Assembly: GCF_011421635.1 (NCBI RefSeq) | Contig: NZ_WTLI01000013.1 | Coordinates: forward strand, 31,006 to 95,005 | Length of the DNA: 64,000 bases | Direction: 5' to 3' | Origin: Paenibacillus turpanensis | GTDB taxonomy: Bacteria; Bacillota; Bacilli; Paenibacillales; YIM-B00363 | In this document: in pieces, positions 28,184-36,732 of the stretch | Layout of the letters: each line of letters begins with the position of its first letter | Position numbering within the stretch: position 1 is the stretch's first letter | The notes under the pieces: generated by a model | Database searches by the model: none | Told to the model about the DNA's origin: nothing | The model's input: only the letters and a program-made list of their open reading frames with translations | Translations under genes and position numbers: made by a program

Positions 28184-29461
28184 TTAGGAGGGCCCGCTAT
28201 CATGCACTGTCATTTGGCTGGAAGGTGCTTGTGGCGGTTTCTTCCGCCCTCTTCCAGCACGGCTTCTCTCTATGGAGCCAGGCCATATCGAAAGGAAAGC
28301 CATACCGACTAAGCCAACACTCAGCGTAATCAGAAATAAAAGAATGAGAGCTCCAAAAGCGTGAAAGAAAAAGACACCCCAGCCTGAAGAGATTTCAGGA
28401 TTAAAGATGTCAAAAGAGAAAACCGCTGAGCTTGCTGAGGAGTCAGAGGATGCGTTTGAAGCTTGTGAGGAGCTCTGCCCGGAACTGGTAGAATTATCTC
28501 TGCCGGAGGAGCTCGATGAACCCGATGAGCCGCTGCCGCTCATGGAGCCACCTCCGCCACTACCGCTCATGTCCATTCCACTCATGGAGCCACCTCCGCC
28601 CATGGAGCCCATACCTCCCATACCCATCATCATCATCATGCCACCCATCCCGCGCATTCCACCCATGCTCATGCCGCTCATGGAACCGCCTCCGCCGCTA
28701 CTGCCGCTCATGTCCATTCCGCGCATCGCGCCGCCGCCGCCGCTACCGCTCCTGTCCATTCCGCTCCTCGCGCCGCCTCCGCCGCTCCCGCCGCTCATGT
28801 CCCTCCCGCTCATCGCGCCGCCGCCGCCGCTACCGCTCCTGTCCATTCCGCTCCTCGCGCCGCCTCCGCCGCTCCCGCCGCTCATGTCCCTCCCGCTCAT
28901 CGCGCCGCCGCCGCCGCTACCGCTCCTGTCCATTCCGCTCCTCGCGCCGCCTCCGCCGCTCCCGCCGCTCATGTCCATTCCGCTCATGGAGCCACCGCCG
29001 CCACTACCGCTCATGTCCATTCCGCTCATGGAGCCGCCTCCGCCGCCACTGCCGCTCATGTCCATTCCGCGCATCGCGCCGCCGCCTCCGCCGCCGCTGC
29101 CGCTCATGTCCATTCCGCTCATCGCGCCGCCGCCGCCGCCGCCACTGCCGCTCATGTCCGTTCCGCTCATCGCGCCGCCGCCTCCGCCGCCGCTGCCGCT
29201 CATGTCCATTCCGCTCATCGCGCCGCCGCCTCCGCCGCTGTTAGACCCGCTGCTGTTCGAGGAGGAAGAACTGCCGCCGCCGCTTGAACTCTGCGTCGCG
29301 CCGCCCCCCGTTCCCATCCCAGGCAGTCCTACTGCTCCATTGGCAGATGACGATGCTGCCCCACCTTGTGGAAACAATAAAAAGAGCAGTAGATACAAGA
29401 ACAAAACGATAACAATGGCGCCAGCTGTATAGCCCGTTATTCGAAGCCATATGTTTTTCAA
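28184..29461 (-). CDS. Gly/Ser/Met-rich repeat membrane protein (N- and C-terminal TM helices flanking a ~330-aa low-complexity region with M-x-x-M-x-M motifs). Putative Cu(I)-binding.
   Basis: Repeats SGMDMSGSGGGGGGAM..., MGGMRGMGGMMMMMGMGGMGSMGGGG. The reverse strand carries the codon-consistent frame. Confidence 0.7.
   Translation of the reverse strand: MKNIWLRITGYTAGAIVIVLFLYLLLFLLFPQGGAASSSANGAVGLPGMGTGGGATQSSSGGGSSSSSNSSGSNSGGGGGAMSGMDMSGSGGGGGGAMSGTDMSGSGGGGGGAMSGMDMSGSGGGGGGAMRGMDMSGSGGGGGSMSGMDMSGSGGGGSMSGMDMSGGSGGGGARSGMDRSGSGGGGAMSGRDMSGGSGGGGARSGMDRSGSGGGGAMSGRDMSGGSGGGGARSGMDRSGSGGGGAMRGMDMSGSSGGGGSMSGMSMGGMRGMGGMMMMMGMGGMGSMGGGGSMSGMDMSGSGGGGSMSGSGSSGSSSSSGRDNSTSSGQSSSQASNASSDSSASSAVFSFDIFNPEISSGWGVFFFHAFGALILLFLITLSVGLVGMAFLSIWPGSIERSRAGRGRKKPPQAPSSQMTVHDSGPS
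28741..29001. repeat. Three perfect in-frame 87-bp tandem repeats, embedded in a ~700-bp array of degenerate 48-51-bp repeats (about 28540-29230)
   Basis: Unit gctaccgctcctgtccattccgctcctcgcgccgcctccgccgctcccgccgctcatgtccctcccgctcatcgcgccgccgccgcc begins at 28741, 28828 and 28915. Encodes GGSGGGGARSGMDRSGSGGGGAMSGRDMS x3. Confidence 0.85.
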
Positions 29462-29595
29462 CCGTGTTTCCCCCCTCTCTACACCCCATCATAATCCCCA
29501 CTTATGAATTACTTGTTGAGACAATCGTTTTTCCAAAAAATCCACAGCTGCTCCACGCCTTTCTGTTACATTCCAAATTACGGAGGTGAAATAAC

Positions 29596-31512
29596 ATGGT
29601 GCGCAAATGTGTGAACCGATTTCTTGATAAAATGGAAGCCATAAAAAGAAAAGTGACGCGATGGTTCGGTATTTTCCTCCTCATCACAGTCACCTTCATC
29701 GTTATTATTTTACTGCTGATTTTAACTTGGGCACTTCGTCAGTTAGCGCCTCCTTCCGCCTACTCGGCTCAGCCCCCTGCAGCTGCAGCAACTCAGATCG
29801 ACCGGCAGGTACAGTCCGGACAAAACAACGAAGGCCAGTCCGCTCCGCAGACCCGAACTCATCCGCCAACAAGCATGTCTGGCAATGAGACAGAGTTAGA
29901 CGGCTCTACAGCTGAGGCCAATAGTCAAGTAGAGAAGCCTCTCCCCGAAGATTTGCTTGGCACCGCCCAAAAGTTAAGTCAGGATTCTACGGCGGATCTC
30001 CAGGATTCGCCGCTGCTTGGAGAGCGCACGCTTGCCGAAAGAACCATAACAGACGACGGGACCATCGAGTTTCGGCTTTCCGCCGCACCGGAGACCGTTA
30101 ACATCAGTCCTACGCTCCCCTTTGAAGCATGGACCTATAACGGCATGCTGCCCGGCCCTATTATCCGGGTAACAGAAGGAGAACGCGTCCGCATTGTTTT
30201 TGAAAATCACGTTCCCGGCATCGGCACAGCCGTCCATTGGCATGGCATTCCAACTCGCAATGAGGTTGACGGCGTTCCTGAGCTTACCCAACCCAGCGTA
30301 AATACCGGCGAATCGTACGTATATGAATTTACTGCCTCTCCCTCCGGAACGTATTCCTACCATGCTCACGGGGCCAACAAAGGTGCCGAACAGCTCGATC
30401 GAGGGTTATATGGACCGTTTATTATCGATCCCGCTGAACCGACATGGCTTCCGAAAGCAAGTGTGGAATGGATTCTGAGCGTCGATGAAATGCAGATTCC
30501 CGGAGCCGGATCCGCCCCGCCGGCGAGCGACGGCAACCTGATGGATCAAGAAATGATGCAGCGGATGATGCCCCGTGCAATTCTCGGCTCCGCCGACGTG
30601 TACAATGTGTTTATAATAAACGGTAAGCGAAGCCCGCAGCAGCCGCTGGTGGCCCGTGCGGGAGAATGGATCCGCATTCGACTGCTGAATTTCGGGTACC
30701 AAAAGCACAGGTTCACGATTGACGGGCTGAAGCTGTTCGCCACGCACATGGACGGAAGAGCGCTGCCCGCAGCACAGCCGGTTGAAATCCTGGAGATTGC
30801 CCCATATGAGCGGCTTGATGCCTACATTTACGGCATGACCCCAGGAACCTACACATTAAAGGATATCGACCCGGGCCACAGCGAGTCCGGTATGAAAGCA
30901 AAGATCCGGCTTCAACCGCCGAAAGGGCCGAACCAGACCGAGGACATGGATAATTTGAAAAATACACCGTCCGCTACCGGGAGTCCTCTCCCCATTCCCC
31001 GTATCAAAACAGCGGATATCCCTGAAGGAGCGCCGCGTTACCAGCAGGTTGCCGCCGGAGTACCCGGCCCCGATAATACCACGTACGACCGTATTTATAA
31101 TATGACGCTTGGCATGACCATGGATGACGGGCAAATGGCTTGGGCGATTAACGGCCGGAGCTGGGACTCCTTTGAGGATACAGAGCCTTATCTTCTGAAA
31201 AAAGGAGAAAAAGTACGTATTAACCTTACGAACATGTCTCCGGAAAGTCATCCGATGCATCTTCACGGACACTTGTTTCATATCGTCGAAATCAACGGAC
31301 AGCCGATTGCTGAGCCTTGGCTGCTCAAGGATACGATCAATCTTCGTCCGATGGACCGTATTTCCATTGCCTTTACAGCCGACAACCCCGGAGACTGGTT
31401 CTTCCACTGCCATCAAGAGCTGCATGCCGACCACGGCTTGAAAACCTATTTCACCTACGAAAAGATAGAAACCCGGAATAAAGACGCGGGCGGGACGCCA
31501 GCAGATCGCTGA
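29596..31512 (+). CDS. Multicopper oxidase (CueO/CopA-like), N-terminally membrane-anchored, with a Met-rich segment
   Basis: RBS GGAGGTGA. Copper-site motifs HWHG, HAHG, HPMHLHGH and HCHQELHADHGL, all four present. Met-rich insert LMDQEMMQRMMP. N-terminal TM FGIFLLITVTFIVIILLLILTWAL. Confidence 0.9.
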   Translation: MVRKCVNRFLDKMEAIKRKVTRWFGIFLLITVTFIVIILLLILTWALRQLAPPSAYSAQPPAAAATQIDRQVQSGQNNEGQSAPQTRTHPPTSMSGNETELDGSTAEANSQVEKPLPEDLLGTAQKLSQDSTADLQDSPLLGERTLAERTITDDGTIEFRLSAAPETVNISPTLPFEAWTYNGMLPGPIIRVTEGERVRIVFENHVPGIGTAVHWHGIPTRNEVDGVPELTQPSVNTGESYVYEFTASPSGTYSYHAHGANKGAEQLDRGLYGPFIIDPAEPTWLPKASVEWILSVDEMQIPGAGSAPPASDGNLMDQEMMQRMMPRAILGSADVYNVFIINGKRSPQQPLVARAGEWIRIRLLNFGYQKHRFTIDGLKLFATHMDGRALPAAQPVEILEIAPYERLDAYIYGMTPGTYTLKDIDPGHSESGMKAKIRLQPPKGPNQTEDMDNLKNTPSATGSPLPIPRIKTADIPEGAPRYQQVAAGVPGPDNTTYDRIYNMTLGMTMDDGQMAWAINGRSWDSFEDTEPYLLKKGEKVRINLTNMSPESHPMHLHGHLFHIVEINGQPIAEPWLLKDTINLRPMDRISIAFTADNPGDWFFHCHQELHADHGLKTYFTYEKIETRNKDAGGTPADR

Positions 31513-31545
31513 ATGGTGTCAATAGCTGCACCGGCGGAAATACTA

Positions 31546-31579
31546 AAAAAAGGAAAGGGGCGTTTACCCTTTCCTTTTA
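31546..31579. terminator. Bidirectional terminator between the convergent MCO and encapsulin genes
   Basis: aaaggaaaggg-gcgtttac-cctttcctttt hairpin with A and T tracts. Confidence 0.6.
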
Positions 31580-32425
31580 CGCTTTGACGAGAGTGCACAC
31601 TGCCGTGGGACGCTTAATGCGGGGAACTAAGCATTCATATACGCGGTAATAGTAGTTCATATTATCATCATTTAAAAAAGCAACGTCGACGTCCTGGGCA
31701 ATGGCGAGATCGACATTTTGCCCGCCTGTCGCAACCAGTACCCCTAGCCCGTTCTTGATCTGCGAGGATTGGTAAATGCCTTCCGTAAACAAATCCCGAA
31801 TATGCTCAATCTCCAGCAAATTTGAGCCCGGCTGCACTTGATGAAGCTGTGCGTACGCATCGGGCGACAAGGCCAGTGCGAACGGTCCGTTATGGCCGTT
31901 TTTCAAGAGACGGTTGCGCGCGTGAACAATATCTTGAAACCCTCGCCCTGCCTCAGACCAATTTCCGCATGGCTGCACCTCTCTGCCGTCCACATTCATC
32001 AAGCCTGGAATGTTGAGCGGAGGATGGCCGTTAAAAATCAACTCATCCTCAAGCAGTGCCACATCCGCCGTAGCGCTTACCGCCGCCGAATAGTCGAGCG
32101 GATTGCCCGTTTCTCTGGCCTGCTCGATATCTCTCCAATACAGCACAAAATCCTTATACAAGATCGGAATGGTCAACGTTTCCTTTTCATCCGGCTTAGC
32201 AACGCTAATCTTTTCCCCGTGGAGACTAATGTTTCCTGGCTCCGGCTCCAAATATACCGGGTTGGAGACAGATTGGGCCCCAGCGCCGATCGGCCCATAA
32301 ATGTCAAGAAACTTCGCGACAACAATATGCTCCCTCGCCGTATCGACTACCGTATCGATCAAGCGATCCCATTGCTTTGCCGTAAGCGGCCCGCGGGAGG
32401 AGACTCGTTTCCGTTTATTGCTCAT
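31577..32425 (-). CDS. Family 1 encapsulin nanocompartment shell protein (HK97 fold, linocin M18-like)
   Basis: 282 aa. RBS AAGGGGGAA. Aligns along its full length with the T. maritima encapsulin (PLTAKQWDRLID..., ...ALLEDELIFNGHP..., ...LVATGGQNVDLAIAQDVDV..., C-terminal ...YYRVYECLVPRIKRPTAVCTLV). Confidence 0.85.
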   Translation of the reverse strand: MSNKRKRVSSRGPLTAKQWDRLIDTVVDTAREHIVVAKFLDIYGPIGAGAQSVSNPVYLEPEPGNISLHGEKISVAKPDEKETLTIPILYKDFVLYWRDIEQARETGNPLDYSAAVSATADVALLEDELIFNGHPPLNIPGLMNVDGREVQPCGNWSEAGRGFQDIVHARNRLLKNGHNGPFALALSPDAYAQLHQVQPGSNLLEIEHIRDLFTEGIYQSSQIKNGLGVLVATGGQNVDLAIAQDVDVAFLNDDNMNYYYRVYECLVPRIKRPTAVCTLVKA

Positions 32426-32457
32426 CGGTGTTCCCCCTTATCTAACCAAAGATGATG

Positions 32458-32682
32458 TCACGGATCATTTTCCGCCGAATCCGCGGCTTCCGCCGGTTGT
32501 TCCCTAGGTTTATTCGATTTCTTTTTTTCGGAAAAGAAGTACATAAGAACGACGAAATAGAAGGCGGAAATATCAAACGATGTCTTGTAGTTAAAAATCT
32601 GATTAATGATGGGCAGCTTATACGTGAAAAACCCGAGTAGGATGCTTAAACTCAGGAGGATAAACTTCTTAACCGTTAGCAT
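32458..32682 (-). CDS. Small membrane protein (74 aa) with polar C-terminal tail
   Basis: Two hydrophobic segments. Weak RBS. Position and strand are consistent with the operon. Confidence 0.4.
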   Translation of the reverse strand: MLTVKKFILLSLSILLGFFTYKLPIINQIFNYKTSFDISAFYFVVLMYFFSEKKKSNKPREQPAEAADSAENDP

Positions 32683-32703
32683 CGGATCCGGCCCAGCTCG
32701 CCA

Positions 32704-33066
32704 TCATCGATGTGTGGTGCGGCGTCCTCTTCTTGGGCCGCGATCGTCATCCTCGTCGTCATAATCGTCGTCCTCGAATAAACGCACATCATGCCGTTCG
32801 AAGTATTTAATCGTAATGCCGATCAACCCGACAATCAGCCCGATCACTGCCAAGATAATTAACGTGATAAATATAAAATTAAATATGGCAATAACCGCGC
32901 CCGCCCCGGAGAACGCTGACCCGCTGCTCGAGCTGCTTGAACCGCCTCCCGATACGCCGCTATAACCAACAAACCCTACGAATAGAAATTCGATGAATCC
33001 GAAAATCAAAATGGCTACGACCGAATATACGGTAAGCTTCAAAAATGGTCTCTGCTGTCGATTCAT
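32704..33066 (-). CDS. Membrane protein with Gly/Ser linker and poly-acidic C-terminal tail (EDDDYDDEDDD)
   Basis: RBS GGAGGGAG, two TM segments, acidic tail suggests cation binding. Confidence 0.55.
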   Translation of the reverse strand: MNRQQRPFLKLTVYSVVAILIFGFIEFLFVGFVGYSGVSGGGSSSSSSGSAFSGAGAVIAIFNFIFITLIILAVIGLIVGLIGITIKYFERHDVRLFEDDDYDDEDDDRGPRRGRRTTHR

Positions 33067-33145
33067 AGCTCTCCCTCCTTTGCTACCATCATAGCCGACA
33101 CTTATGGAGGGACAATGGAGAAGCCATTTTTATAACAAAATCGGG

Positions 33146-33583
33146 CTAAAATCGGTCTGGGAAATATTTCTGAATCGCGCGTACGAATAGCATTGCGATT
33201 CCGGCTAGCAGCGTAAGAAGAAAGAGAACGGTCAGACTGTAGAATAAGAAGTCGATCACCTGGACAAATAAGACGTTAGCCAATCCCAGTCCTCCGCGAA
33301 AGCCCATCATGGTGTGAGTTGTGAATGCCTGGATAAAAACCAAGTCCATAATGCCAAAAAACACAATGCCGACCAGTAGATAAATGACCCACGTTAACCA
33401 GCTACCGAGCCCCCAACCGCCGCTGTCTTTTGTATTGCGTTCTTGTCTTGGTCCCGACACACCCGATACCTTACCCCATAACGCCTGAATACCGCCAATA
33501 AACAGTGCTGCCAGCACCAAAAAGATGAGAATGATAAAGAAGATACTTAAAGCTGCGCTGATCAGGTGCCCGTTTGCGTTCAT
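33146..33583 (-). CDS. Four-TM membrane protein
   Basis: Start ATG in ATGA overlap with the upstream gene stop. MNANGHLISAALSIFFIILIF... Confidence 0.55.
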   Translation of the reverse strand: MNANGHLISAALSIFFIILIFLVLAALFIGGIQALWGKVSGVSGPRQERNTKDSGGWGLGSWLTWVIYLLVGIVFFGIMDLVFIQAFTTHTMMGFRGGLGLANVLFVQVIDFLFYSLTVLFLLTLLAGIAMLFVRAIQKYFPDRF

Positions 33584-33993
33584 TTGCGAAGACCTCCTTT
33601 TCCTCTCCCCTTCCGATCCGTTCGTGGCAGCCAAAGTATGACCCATACAATACAGGTCCCCGTAAACACTGCCGTCACAACAACAAGAAGCAGTGACAGG
33701 ACGTAGTTAATCGGGTCAAGTACCGGGTTCGCCATCCCGGACATGTGCATATGCATATCCATCCCCGTTAGCTCCTCGCACATCCGCATGCAAACCTCGA
33801 TCATAGGGGTAAGGGTGTGAAATGAATTCATCATAGTGTGACCGAACCACATCATCATCGCCATCGACAACATATCCTTCATCGACGGCTGCGCACGGTA
33901 TTCCGGCTGCACGAAGACCAACACCGCCGCCCCTGTATACAGCAGCACTATCGCCAGCATCCAATGCCCGAAGCTTGACCGCTTCGGCTTCAT
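33580..33993 (-). CDS. Met/His-rich membrane protein
   Basis: ATGA-coupled start. MKDMLSMAMMMWFGHTMMNSFHTLTPMIEVCMRMCEELTGMDMHMHMSGMANP. Confidence 0.55.
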   Translation of the reverse strand: MKPKRSSFGHWMLAIVLLYTGAAVLVFVQPEYRAQPSMKDMLSMAMMMWFGHTMMNSFHTLTPMIEVCMRMCEELTGMDMHMHMSGMANPVLDPINYVLSLLLVVVTAVFTGTCIVWVILWLPRTDRKGRGKGGLRK

Positions 33994-34304
33994 TTTGCCG
34001 CACCCAACCGTTTGCGTAAGCAACAGCCAACGATAAGGCTAAGAGGCAGAAGCCCAAACGATACGAGTGTGACACTCCAAAACAAGGTGCTCCAACCACC
34101 CGCAGGGCCGGACATGCCCATCAGCTGCCGCATCATGGAAGACATCAGCGTGCCGGATTGACAGGCTTGCATCATGCTGGTCATGTACTGCATCGCCTGT
34201 TCAGGGGGGAGTACCGGATTCACAAGCGATAACAAGACGGAGGCGGCAAGAAAGGCAAATAAAAAAGAAAGCGACCGGACGAATAGAACGAACCAATGAT
34301 TCAT
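33990..34304 (-). CDS. Met-rich membrane protein
   Basis: MQYMTSMMQACQSGTLMSSMMRQLMGMSGPAGG between TM segments. Confidence 0.55.
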   Translation of the reverse strand: MNHWFVLFVRSLSFLFAFLAASVLLSLVNPVLPPEQAMQYMTSMMQACQSGTLMSSMMRQLMGMSGPAGGWSTLFWSVTLVSFGLLPLSLIVGCCLRKRLGAAK

Positions 34305-34346
34305 TCCAACGGAATCACCTCCTCTCCTTTAGATAAAAGTAGGGGC

Positions 34347-34829
34347 TTATTGTTTTCTACCTCTGCGTTTTGGCTTAACCAAAGGCAGACGATACAAGTG
34401 GCGCTTTTGCACCATATGCCAGACGATAACCGCCATCAGTACAAATGCGAGCAGCTCATGAAGCATAAAGCTTACAACCGCCACGCGGAAGGGAACCGCC
34501 GGCATAAACCAAAGAATCACTCCTGTTATCACTAACACGAAGGTGATCGCAAAATTAAACCCTGCAAAGCCGCTGCTGCCAATCGGCAGCCATTTTCGGA
34601 CCATCGGCTTCTCTGTGATCAATTGCTTTACCTCGTAGATCGCAACCCAAGCAACCCAAATCACCCACACAAAGCCCACCAACCGGTGCACGGTATCCAT
34701 TAGCGGGAAGTGATTCCCCATCATCCAGCTAAACCTTCCTCCAATAATCGAAAACCCGCTGAGCAGCAGGAAAAAGGTTAGCACACCCCATATCCAATGC
34801 GCGATGAAATCAAACGGGATTGGTCTCAA
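34347..34829 (-). CDS. Cytochrome b561 family protein (PF01292-like di-heme membrane cytochrome)
   Basis: TTG start inside a TTGA overlap, preceded by RBS AAAGGAGGA. Conserved His in TM helices (IAHWIWGV, TVHRLVGF, MLHELLAFVLMAVIVWHM) as in E. coli CybB. Confidence 0.7.
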   Translation of the reverse strand: MRPIPFDFIAHWIWGVLTFFLLLSGFSIIGGRFSWMMGNHFPLMDTVHRLVGFVWVIWVAWVAIYEVKQLITEKPMVRKWLPIGSSGFAGFNFAITFVLVITGVILWFMPAVPFRVAVVSFMLHELLAFVLMAVIVWHMVQKRHLYRLPLVKPKRRGRKQ

Positions 34830-35800
34830 GATTCTTCCTCCTTTCCGGCTTCCTCTTTTGTGATTTCCTGCTTCTTTTGTGATCGGCTCTTTTGCAGCTG
34901 CTTCTTCGCCTTCGAAGATTTGGTAATCCCCCGATCTTTGATCACGCTTACCACATACGCAATGATACATATGAATAGCACGAGCAGCAGGATCATGAGG
35001 ATTATTTTAAAGGCAATCACCATAGTCTCGTAGAAGCTTCCTTGAGCCTTGGGGCCACCGGTGTAATCAACACTGACGTTGGACCGCATGGAGCCCATAT
35101 TCATACCGTTCATGGCCCCGCTGCCGGAGACGGAGCTCTTGTTCGTATTCATGCCCGACATATCAGATGAACCGCTGCCCATGTTCATCTGAGAGCCGAC
35201 TATATTTTGTGCGTCGCCCATATCCATAGGAGAGCCGGAAGAACTCTCCATCCCTCCGCTCGTTGTCCCTGTGCCTTCCATGGCATTCATTCCGCGCCCC
35301 TGCTTGCCCGCTTGCCCGCTTCCGGTATCCTCATTCGTGTTCCGATTGCCGTCCACACCGTTATTCTGGTTGTTTGCGTTTCCCTGCGCTTCCATTCCGC
35401 CCGGTGCATTCTCCACGCTTTGCTGCAATAAATCAATCGCCTGCCGTACAAGCCGGAGCGCTTCCAGCTGCTGCTGCTTCCAAGTCTTCTGCTCTTGGCT
35501 TGCTTCCGAGCTGCCAGAATTCTGACCGGAGGCTGCCGCATCCCCTTCCGACGCTTCTGCCCGATTTGATTGTTCATGGGCCGAATCGGGCTGCTCCTCT
35601 TTTGTCATCCCTTCCATCGAGCCTTGCTGCTGCCCGGCCTCAGTTCCCTCCTGCTTCGGCTCTGTCTGCTGCCTTGAGGCCTGAGCGCTGTCCTGCATCT
35701 CTGACATTCCTTGTTGTTCGGCAGATACAGAACCCCCCAGGAAAAGCAGCAAGCAAACGGAGCACCACAATCCTTTTAGCAGCTGCTTCCGCTTCATCAT
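34826..35800 (-). CDS. Secreted Gln/Gly/Ser/Met-rich low-complexity protein with C-terminal TM anchor
   Basis: Signal peptide MMKRKQLLKGLWCSVCLLLFLGGSVSA. ...SPMDMGDAQNIVGSQMNMGSGSSDMSGMNTNK...GAMNGMNMGSMRS. C-terminal TM plus Lys-rich tail. Confidence 0.6.
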   Translation of the reverse strand: MMKRKQLLKGLWCSVCLLLFLGGSVSAEQQGMSEMQDSAQASRQQTEPKQEGTEAGQQQGSMEGMTKEEQPDSAHEQSNRAEASEGDAAASGQNSGSSEASQEQKTWKQQQLEALRLVRQAIDLLQQSVENAPGGMEAQGNANNQNNGVDGNRNTNEDTGSGQAGKQGRGMNAMEGTGTTSGGMESSSGSPMDMGDAQNIVGSQMNMGSGSSDMSGMNTNKSSVSGSGAMNGMNMGSMRSNVSVDYTGGPKAQGSFYETMVIAFKIILMILLLVLFICIIAYVVSVIKDRGITKSSKAKKQLQKSRSQKKQEITKEEAGKEEES

Positions 35801-36732
35801 TCCCCCTCCTTCCGCTTATCTAATGGATTTGACATTGGGAGTGTAAAAGTAAATCGGCAGCCTCCTGCCTGATCACATTCGACAAAGACATGACCGCCTT
35901 GTAGCATGATCAAATGCTTTACAATACTCAGCCCAAGGCCGCTTCGGCCAGATCGTGTCCCCTGATGCAGCTGAACGCTCCTTTCAAACACACGATCCAT
36001 TTGTTCCTCCGGAATGCCCGGACCTGTGTCGCGCACCGTTGTCACAGCGTGCTGTTTTATCCTATCGACGCGAACCTCGACGGTGACCGAACCGCCATCC
36101 GGCGTATGCCGAATTGCGTTCTGAAGTAAATTGTGCAGCACCTGACGGATACGCTCCCGATCACCAAGCACATAGATCCCGTACGAGGCAGGCACCAAAT
36201 ATCGGACCGAAACTCTTTTTTTGGCTCCAGATAGCCTTTCGTCCACGGCAACATCCCTTACGATCTCGGTAAGATCAAAGGAATGGCACGAAACACGAAA
36301 CCACGGGATTTGTTCATCGGAAGCCGTTTCGATATCTTCAACCAACCGAGAAACATGCATCGCTTTTTCATAAATGATCTGCAGCTCCTGTTCCGTCATA
36401 GGAATCAAATGGTCGTTTAACGCTTCGAGACGGGTACAAAGCACATGAACGACATTGCGCAGCTCGTGGGAAACTTCCTCATAAAAATGCACCTTTTCCC
36501 GATTGCTCACCTGATGCATCAGCTCTAAACGCCTATCGTAATACCCGCTTACGGCATAAGAGGACAATAATGCGAAAACAAGACTGGCCACAAGGCATTC
36601 CGGTACCCTAACATAAGAAAAAGAAGTCCACGATCCGGCCATTGTGTTATGCTCCATCACAAAGCATAGCACCGTGGAACAGATAGACACCCCAAATATC
36701 GCAACCGTCATTTTGTACTTGGGTTTAAGCAT
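35797..36732 (-). CDS. Sensor histidine kinase (HisKA plus HATPase_c), two N-terminal TM segments
   Basis: H-box SHELRNVVHV, N/G boxes NLLQNAIRHT, DTGPGI, GLGLSIV. Confidence 0.85.
   Translation of the reverse strand: MLKPKYKMTVAIFGVSICSTVLCFVMEHNTMAGSWTSFSYVRVPECLVASLVFALLSSYAVSGYYDRRLELMHQVSNREKVHFYEEVSHELRNVVHVLCTRLEALNDHLIPMTEQELQIIYEKAMHVSRLVEDIETASDEQIPWFRVSCHSFDLTEIVRDVAVDERLSGAKKRVSVRYLVPASYGIYVLGDRERIRQVLHNLLQNAIRHTPDGGSVTVEVRVDRIKQHAVTTVRDTGPGIPEEQMDRVFERSVQLHQGTRSGRSGLGLSIVKHLIMLQGGHVFVECDQAGGCRFTFTLPMSNPLDKRKEGE

Noticed and set aside
28540-29230. Possible CRISPR array, given the regularly spaced direct repeats
   Set aside because: The units are contiguous with no unique spacers. 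They are multiples of 3, they sit inside a single ORF and encode a peptide repeat, and no cas genes are nearby.
28407-29432. Long plus-strand ORFs (341-aa Pro/Leu-rich and 242-aa Arg/Ser-rich) antisense to the Gly/Met-rich gene
   Set aside because: They are open only because of the low-complexity repeat on the other strand. They have no RBS or start context, and the minus-strand frame carries the membrane anchors and the coherent repeat phase.
29596-31512. MCO as a CotA-type spore-coat laccase
   Set aside because: It has an N-terminal TM anchor and a Met-rich insert, and it sits in a metal-gene context. These features fit a CueO/CopA-like copper oxidase better. CotA is cytoplasmically made and has no anchor.
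31577-33066. A cargo protein for the encapsulin among the immediately adjacent ORFs
   Set aside because: The C-termini of the 74-aa and 120-aa proteins, the MCO and the lipoprotein (…SAENDP, …RRTTHR, …GTPADR, …IVNIPE) carry no GSL-type (SxGIGSLK/TVGSL) targeting peptide, and none has a ferritin-like, DyP or hemerythrin signature. The cargo remains unidentified, not confirmed absent.
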